From Spirogloea muscicola (taxonomy: Eukaryota), in NCBI GenBank assembly GCA_009602725.1, contig WELB01000012.1:217430-281429 (forward strand): a stretch of 64,000 nucleotides of DNA, written 5' to 3'. A program made the translations under genes and the position numbers. A model generated the notes under the pieces. It worked only from the letters and a program-made list of their open reading frames with translations. It did no database searches and was not told where the DNA came from. This document shows positions 56,465-64,000 of the stretch, in pieces. Numbering within the stretch: the stretch's first letter is position 1; each line of letters starts with the position of its first letter.

Positions 56465-59400
56465 TCAGGACTTCTTGAGCTTCAGAACATGAGATGATAC
56501 CACTTCTGGACAGCTATCAAGAAGAAGTAGCTCTAGACGATCTGAATTGGATCTGAATCGCAGCAAGAAGTTGGAATCTGTACACAGGGAAATTGAGCAC
56601 AGTCAATGTACTGCCAATGCTGCTTCTGCCTCACGGCTACAAGCTTGCTCTAGCATATGCAGCATCAGCTACTCCAATGGTTTGGCCTATACAGTTACAC
56701 TGTCAATGCACTACACAGTTACACTGTCAATGAACTTGTTCTTGCTACACAAGAACTTGAAAGGTATTATATGCAGACAAAGTCATCGCTGAGTGCTTGT
56801 TTAAGTGGTCAGTGGCAAGGAAAATGCCCAAAGCTGTGCTGTTAATCGTTCAGTCTTCTTGGAATACCACTCAAGCGACGGAGCATGACAAACAAGTATA
56901 AGAGCTCACCATCGGCCACACTTCCATACAGCCAATTCAAGACCTTGTCGGCGAATCCTAAGCACACACTGGGCTGTCAATTGCACAATGAACTTCACAT
57001 AGATCAAGGCAGAGCAACTGAGAAAGCATGACCTTCGTTAAGTCCAAGATAAGTCAGGACTGCTGAAGGAAGCACGTGTAAGCTGACAGCTGGCTGAACT
57101 GCAGAAAGTGACATCTGATGACAAGGTGTCATCTCATGACCAGGCAAGGAGAACTTGACCCTAGGAACACCCACAAAGCTTATGGAATGAAAATGCAGCA
57201 ACTATATGCTCCCAATCAGGAGATGAGCATCTGCTGCAGGCATCAGCGTACCAGCCATTGCTGCTTCACTTTCACGCGCTCTGCAATTGCTTTCAAAGGG
57301 AGCTCCTCGACCCGTAATAAGTGGCCATTATCGTCCCTAGCAGCCATAAGTGCAAAAGGTGGTGGTCAGTAATGGCCTCGTAGGAGCAAGAGTATACAAG
57401 CATCCACTGTAGCATCTAGAAGAACGGGGACGACAGCTTCATTTAACTCTTAGTCTTATTTGCTGATTGACAATCTGGAACACCTGAAGCCGCAGACAAT
57501 GAGTGGGACGCCAGCCAAGTACGACTGGACCTGTGACACCCACAAAGAGCATGACCGTGTTCAGATAGAGAGTGGACAAGAAGCACATGTTGACACAGTA
57601 TCTAGCAACTGTGTGTGTTGCACAATGTGATGCACATTCATCAGTCACTAATGACTAACTTCTACCATACTTTTGCAGAAAGCCGTAGACTGAAAGGCAG
57701 CCTCCCGATCAGGAAGATATTTCGCAAATCGTTACAATGGTCTTATGGAGTCATGACAAGCTCACCCAGAACTTCAAGAGCTTATTTCTCTCAAAGGAAG
57801 CTTCTCCATGTGCTGGCACCTAATAGGACACATACTAGCACAGAGCATAAATCTCAATGCTTGTGCTCACGTAGTCACTATCAACAAGTGTTAGATACAT
57901 GTGATTCTTCCGATTTGCAGCAAACGCTTGACAAGTCGTAGTGGCCTGTGGCCATATTTGGCCCACATAGGCGACCTTATGACTATGGGTTGACCTTCTT
58001 GCGAAGTTCACCTCCCGACTGGTCTTCAACTCAATGTACCTGCGAGACCCGTCCTCCCCTCGCTCGTAGCAGTCCATTTCGGCTCCAAGAATGATGCGGT
58101 GTGCACCAAGTTTTGTCTTCATTAGGGCACAATACTCCACATTGGCATTTACAGCAGTACCAGCCGGATGATGGCGCTCATCTGTTGCCAGGGCCTCAAA
58201 AGAATAACCGTAGTAGGTGCTGACAAAGATATACAATTGCTGCATCAGCTCCTGCTGTGTCAGGACGGCCTGCCTGATGACCATGGCGAAAGCTGATGCA
58301 CCGATCTCTTCCAGGCGATTACTTGCTGCATGGAACTTGGACTTCAGATTGCCTGGCTAACACAAAGGAGGACCTTACTTGCGACGGTCCTGATAATTCT
58401 GCAGGCGCTCAGGTAGACTGTGCACGCTGAGGTAGATTGTAGTGCCTCTCCTGTGCACACCCATTTCCCAAGCATCCCTCCTATTGTATGCCGTTCCTAG
58501 TATCTGTTGTGTGGTGAGTTGCATGCAGCATAAGAGCCTCAGGAAGTAACACCTGCTGTGTACAACGTGATGACAGAATCTGAGCAATAAACAAAGGAAT
58601 GTAGGAAGGTGAGCAGGGCCAGCGTGGCCTTCATTGTCACCTTGTTCAAATTATTGCGAAATGTCTGCACAACGATCACACATGAACAGCTGTCTCAATC
58701 AGTCTCAAAGCCACAGAGCGGGAGAATACTACGTACGCATTTCCAAGTACCATGTAAGGATCAGCCATTAGTGTTTCACTGTATCTAGCTTTAATCACAT
58801 CTATCACAAATGACTGGCACCAGTCCAAGAGGATACCCTATGCAGGTGCATGACCTGCTCAGATCCGCTTCTGGACACCAATAGGATGGAGGCCAGTGTA
58901 CTAAAGATGAGCTTTGATAGTCAGCACGCAAGAGGTGCTGTTGCTTCCTCTCTCCTAAGTGATACAGAGGGGCTGCCAACACAGTAGAACTTACTACAAA
59001 GCAGATGTTTTCCAAGGGATATTGGCTGCAGCGAAGGCAATCCAGTAGGTTGCCAAAGGCTTTTCCAGTATCTGTATGAGATGGAGCAGCTCATCAGGAT
59101 TCACCAGGCTGGCTGCTTTCCAAGCATACGAAAACTGTGTCCCATCTGCACCTCTATCTAGCAAAGGAGTAACTCGAGATACAAGAGAGATTTGCAGGCA
59201 CATTCTGACCTCCTAGAGAGAGTAGCTCGAGGACCAGAGGTTGGCATGAGTAGCACCGCACTGCTGAAGTGGCTTACCATCGGTCTTCTCCTTGAAATTC
59301 TCAAAGCCAACATTGAGGTCATGCCCTGATTCACTAAGGATTGATCTCCTGAATCGCCTCTGTAGTGGGAGGAGAGTAGCACCCTTAAAGCATTTATCCA

Positions 59401-60581
59401 TAAGAGATAATCTCTGCCTGCTGATTTCTTGTGGTCATGCAGACGCTATGATTTGGAAGTAAAGTCAGTGCATGTACTGCATACCAGGCATCGATCATCA
59501 AAGTGCACAGCTCCATCCTTGTCGCGACTGAAGTGAGCCAACTCCGTGGGCTGACAATGTAGACAATAAGGGCGTCAGTCTGATGTGTCTTCCACATTGT
59601 GAGATGATCATCACTTTAATGTAGGCTTGTCTAGGGGAATGTCGCAAGCTTTAGTCAGCCAGCTCAGCGTACAGTCTGTGGAGTCAGACCGCTGGCGCTC
59701 TCTGCAAGTTACTTCAAGCGTGTTGGCGCTCAATGCAATTTACTTCAAGCGTGCTGCCTAGTTTGTGTAGGAGTATGATCGTATGCAAGCTGTTGTTGGC
59801 TACATAAAATAAGTGTGCAGCTTACACGCACGCAGTGTGCAAGCTTGTTATGGATCGAGAGTCTGAGCTTGTAACTAGATCTGAATGTCAGGTCTCGAAT
59901 CCGAAGCATACCTGTTGATAAGATGTTCCGGAGTTGTAGCTTGCAATGTCTCTCGCAAAAACGAGGGCGTCGACTGGGGGGTCCTTGCTGGCTACTGTCG
60001 CCCTGGCCGTGCCCTCGCCAGGGCCTCCCGGCGCGTACGGCCGCTCTCCCTCCCGGGGCCGGCTGTCGCGCCAGTCTCCAGCACTGCGCCAGCCTTGCAC
60101 CTCACTCCGAGCTCCCGTCTCCGGCGGCCTGCGGAGCTCCGCCTGAGCGTGCCGAGGAGCCTCTGGCGCTCGCTGTGTAGGCCCATTGTCGTGGCTGGCC
60201 AGCGGGCCGCCGGACACCGGAGGCCGCCTCGGCGCGCGCTGCCGGATGTCGAGAATTTCTGCGACGTCCCGCCGGCCGCGTCGGCGCTCAGCCGTCAGTG
60301 CGAGGCCTCAGAAGGGACGGCGCGTCGCAATGTGGCCAGCAGAAGTAGCGGCAGACGCGGAGGCGCGGCGCGCGGACGGGGCCCTGGTCGATCAAGCAGC
60401 GGCGGCGGCATTGGCAGCGGCGGCAGGGGCGGGGCTCACGGGGGGGCCTCAGGACGCTGAAGGCCGTGGCGCGCTGGTACTCGGCGTTGCCCGGCCCGAA
60501 GAGGTCGTCGTCGTCGCCGCCGCCGCCGCCGGCGCCACCATCGCCGCCGCCAGCCGCGTCCCCGCCTTGCTGCTGCGGCAT
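56465..60581 (-). CDS. DXO1: DXO/Rai1/Dom3Z-family decapping exoribonuclease with an N-terminal extension
   Basis: [81 protein letters not shown] and [12 protein letters not shown]. The acidic DDDDLFG start resembles plant DXO1. Confidence 0.92.
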
Positions 60582-60659
60582 GGACGCGCAGAAGTGATCA
60601 TCCGAAGGGGCCGGAGAGTGGATGCGACAGGCCAAGCCCAAGCGGCATGGACCTCCAAG

Positions 60660-60710
60660 TACCACAACTGACGGTCGCTCAGTAACCCCGTTAGAAGAAG
60701 ACGATCACTG
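60660..60710 (-). mobile_element. Tiny CRE-like ORF-end remnant in the DXO1/SOSS-B divergent promoter
   Basis: Reverse complement CTTCTTCTAACGGGGTTACTGAG resembles the LLTRGY-stop-G terminus. No hairpin is retained. Confidence 0.4.
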
Positions 60711-60878
60711 CGGTTGCTGCCGTTAGCAGTGGCCAATGTGAGGCGACAACCGCAGCGGCTCTGCGGCCGCCGTCTCCGGCGCGAGACACGGCGGGTCCCG
60801 CGGCCGCGGCGCCTTCCCCGCCGCTGCCGCAGGCGAGCACCCGCGAGCCTCTCGCAGCGGCGCGCCTGCCGGCGGCGG

Positions 60879-62309
60879 ANGGCGGCCGCCGGCGGCCCGT
60901 CATCGCCGCCGCCGCCGCCGCTGGCGAAGCTGTGCGAGCTGCGGCCGAGCATCAGCAACAACGTGCATAGCGTCTTCATCCTGCTGGAGAAAGGTGCGCC
61001 GCAAGCGGCCCTCTGGTCCTTCAGGGCCGGCATCCTGGACACCTTCAGTTGCTGCCCCTGGCTCCCAGTATCTGATCACTGAACCCGTTCACCAAATATG
61101 AGCGTGGGCTCTGAAGCCTGAGCTTCCTCTTCTACTCCCGCCTCCTCCCGCGGAGGCGTCCTGGTCGACGGCCTTGCTCGAGCTGCGGCCTGTGGTGCCC
61201 CTTGGACTAGCTCTCTGAGGCGGGAGGAGCAGCGGATGGGCGTGATGATGGGCTCCGCCCGGCAGCTGAGTTCCTTGGCACCGCGAGATTGCCGCTCAGG
61301 TGCTGGCCTTGTTGGCACCCGCGCAGGCGTGCCAGCGAGGGTGAGCGAGTCGGGCCCTATGGTGAGCACCGCGCTGGTGGCAGACGCCACAGCCTCGGTG
61401 CATTTCCAGCTCTGGGGGGCGGAGGTGGACGCCTTCCAGCCCGGCGACATCATCCGCCTCACCAGCGGGTGAGGGACGGAAGATCATGCTGTGACGCCCT
61501 TCCAGCTGGCCTTTCTAGTCCCTGCCCTGTCAACACACACGGCCAGACAATGAAGGCACATCTACTAGTGCTGGTTGTGGTTGTCATCGGTCATGAAGTC
61601 ACTCCTTATTACTTATCAGTGAAAGTGGTGTTCGAGATATAGCCAGCAACAAAGGTCAGCAGACTCAGGTTCACTGGCTTGTACTGCACTGTTCAGACAG
61701 CACTTTGTTGCCTGGCCTGCAGCATGTTCTCCTTCCACAAGTCCAACCTGATACTACGGGCGGGCAAGAAGGGCACGCTTGAGAAAGTCGGCGAGTGAGA
61801 CCCTTTTATTACCTCCATACTTGCTGCATATGCATGGGTGCCTGCCACTTAAGCATTGCTGCACGCAGGTCAGCTGCGCCTGAGGACCATTCTTTGCAAC
61901 TTGCCCGCTTGCCACTGCCAGGTTCTCCATGGTGTTCACTGAAACGCCGAACATGAGTCGCCTCCAGTGGGCGCAGGATCCAAGCAATCCCAAGAGCTAT
62001 GTACGACACCGACCTCGTCTGAGGACCTGCCTTTTTGTGGCATTCCTGATATTTCTTTGCGGCTGGAACCTGTGACACAGACCATGACTTTGTTTTGAAA
62101 GTCTGCAAGCAGTGGTTCAATTACTCTTAGTTTATCATAGGTGTTGAGCATGGCACGTGCCTTACACAGCATCACGATGGGCTATGAAGCTCAGACTTGC
62201 ACTATCCCCTGCCCAGGTCATTGTTGGTTACCCGCAGAGCCACCCGTCTACCGGCCAAGCCATGCACGCAGCCGGCTTAGGAGGCGCCAGGGGACATGGA
62301 GCCATCTAA
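60879..62309 (+). CDS. SOSS complex subunit B / NABP-like OB-fold ssDNA-binding protein; start is ANG with an ambiguous base, last exon tentative
   Basis: NNVHSVFILLEKG, ALVADATASVHFQLWGAEVDAFQPGDIIRLTSGMFS and LILRAGKKGTLEKVGEFSMVFTETPNMSRLQW. Confidence 0.88.
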
Positions 62310-63339
62310 TTTGATGGACCAGGAGCTCTGAAAGATGGTGGAGGCCCCACGCTGCAGGCCACGACAAGCTGCAGCCTGCTTTGCCACGGCTGGAGCTACC
62401 TGTGGCCGTCTTCTCCAGACCCCTCATATCAAGGTCCATACTCATATTTATTTCACCATGGTGCTCGGCCAGAGCCTTCTGGCCAACCAGCCTGCTGGCG
62501 ACATCATGAATCAAGCGCACCATGGAGCACAATGCCTTGCTGCCCTGTGGCAGCAGCTCCACCTCGACCTGATCATATTGTCATATCTGCAAGATGTAAC
62601 GAGTCTGCAAGGAGCGGTGATGAGCATGAGCATGCTTTGGATCGACCATACCGTGTTCATTGGGGCTTGTGCCCATCAGCTTTTCTTGCTGCTGCTCTAG
62701 TACATTCTGAGTCGGCAGACCATCTTTGGCAGTGTGCAGGAGCGATGCTGGCGTTCCATTAATGCCACCCAGGAAGTCAAAGAAGCTCTGTTCCCGGCTA
62801 CGTCACGTGCTCTGTGTTCGTTCGTGAGGGAGCTCACAGGATTACCATGAAGCTGCACCTGCAACAGGGCTTCTCACAGTCTGGACAATGTGGTATTTGT
62901 GTACATGTAGACCATGCGGTAGCTGAATTTTCAAATGTGTGGTGGTGAATCCAGCTGTGCGCTACCGTGACCGGCACAGAAACTTACCTCGCTCATCAAT
63001 TTAAGAGCAAGGAAAAGGGCACTTGTCCACCACAGTACACTGTAAAGAAGGCGCGCTGCCACTCTGCATTGGAGGCCAACAGAAGCAGCAGCAGAGCGGT
63101 TGGCTTGTTGCAGCTCCGGCTGGCGCAGTGCGGTGGTGGGAGATGGCATACGCCATCCATGGTGCTGGAAGATGCAGTAGGCCTCCTTGCCACCATGGGG
63201 CCGATGCCTGCGAAAGAGCTCGTAATCCCTACCGTCCAAGCAGCATCCCCACTGCTCAGCGCGTGTATTCTAGGGCCCGGGGCGCCTGCGGAGCTTGGAA
63301 AGGTGATCTTGCGAAGGGGTCGAAGCTGTGAGAGGAGGA

Positions 63340-63797
63340 GAAGAAGCAGCTCTTCCAAAGGGCCGAGGGCTGTTGAAAAGCCAGCCCACAAAAGAAGGAA
63401 AGAAGAAACAAGGGCAAGAAAGGACGGTGGTGGAGCCTGAGGGTGAGAAGGCGCGCGGAGTGCATGCAATGAAAGGGTGGCCAGTCTGAGCCGATACAAT
63501 GTACAGGCAAAAGCAAGTGCAAAAATTGGGGCTATGTGAAAGTTGTAGCGACACTGACTTGGAGGCTACAGGAGGGGGAGGAGGCGGCGGCTTGGTCAGA
63601 AGACAGCCTCTTCCAGTGGAAAGAAGAAACAGCTCTTCCAATATGAGTCATTGGCTGCGGAAGGCCAGCCCAGAGGAACGTGCAAGGGTAGCCATCGCCC
63701 TCTACTATCACCCTCCACTAGAAGCAAGCGCGGCCAGGTTAAGTGGTGGCTGGGAGAGGCCAGCCCAAAGGAATGGACAAACCTAGAGGGCGATGGC
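63340..63797 (-). mobile_element. Third cluster of CRE-like 3' UTR fragments, next to a GC-rich segment at the window end
   Basis: Hairpins near 63368-63388 and 63651-63671. 63723-63780 is nearly identical to family A 3' ends at 8807-8865 and 36800-36857. Confidence 0.85.
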
Positions 63798-64000
63798 ACG
63801 GTGTAGCCTGCAGGGCGGGGCGCCGCTGTGGGGGAATGGAGGCCACGGAGGGAGAGGTGGGCGCCCGGGGGGAGGGGGGGTGGTGGCGGCTGCCCGGAGA
63901 GGCAAGGGGCGCCGCCGCGTCAGGCGAGCCCGCCGCACGTAGCCGGGAGTGCGAGACGGCGAGGCGGCCCCCCGCGGTGGGGGAGGGGGGGAGGAGGCTC

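Noticed and set aside
62330..63300. Possible minus-strand spliced gene with splice-like signals
   Set aside because: No recognisable protein motif and the frames contain stops. I cannot support a gene call.

Overview
Gene-dense eukaryotic DNA with many short GT-AG introns and very GC-rich, (GCC)n-containing first exons. It contains four assembly gaps and a few single Ns. The gene set (PSA2, MHX, HDA5 with its C-terminal extra domain, DRMY1-like, CRL, DXO1) points to a green plant, most likely a streptophyte alga; that is inference. I recognise 14 host genes: mTERF, PSA2, MHX, MYST HAT (HAM), DJ-1, EF-hand mitochondrial carrier, HDA5-like, TLDc, DRMY1-like, cyclophilin, AP1M, CRL, DXO1 and SOSS-B-like. 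The main non-gene feature is a CRE-like non-LTR retrotransposon (RT + CCHC + restriction-like endonuclease, 34518-36857), together with dozens of extremely 5'-truncated 3' ends from several related families. Many copies keep the terminal peptide SYSDLxLLTRGY-stop, and a short 3' UTR with a GGGCTGGC hairpin; none has a poly(A) tail. These fragments pile up upstream of gene starts, and I saw none in introns or in convergent 3' intergenic regions. They insert into each other, and several nestings have exact target-site duplications. This promoter-clustered, self-nesting retroelement system is the best candidate for something undescribed. All protein assignments come from motif recognition by eye; no searches were run.
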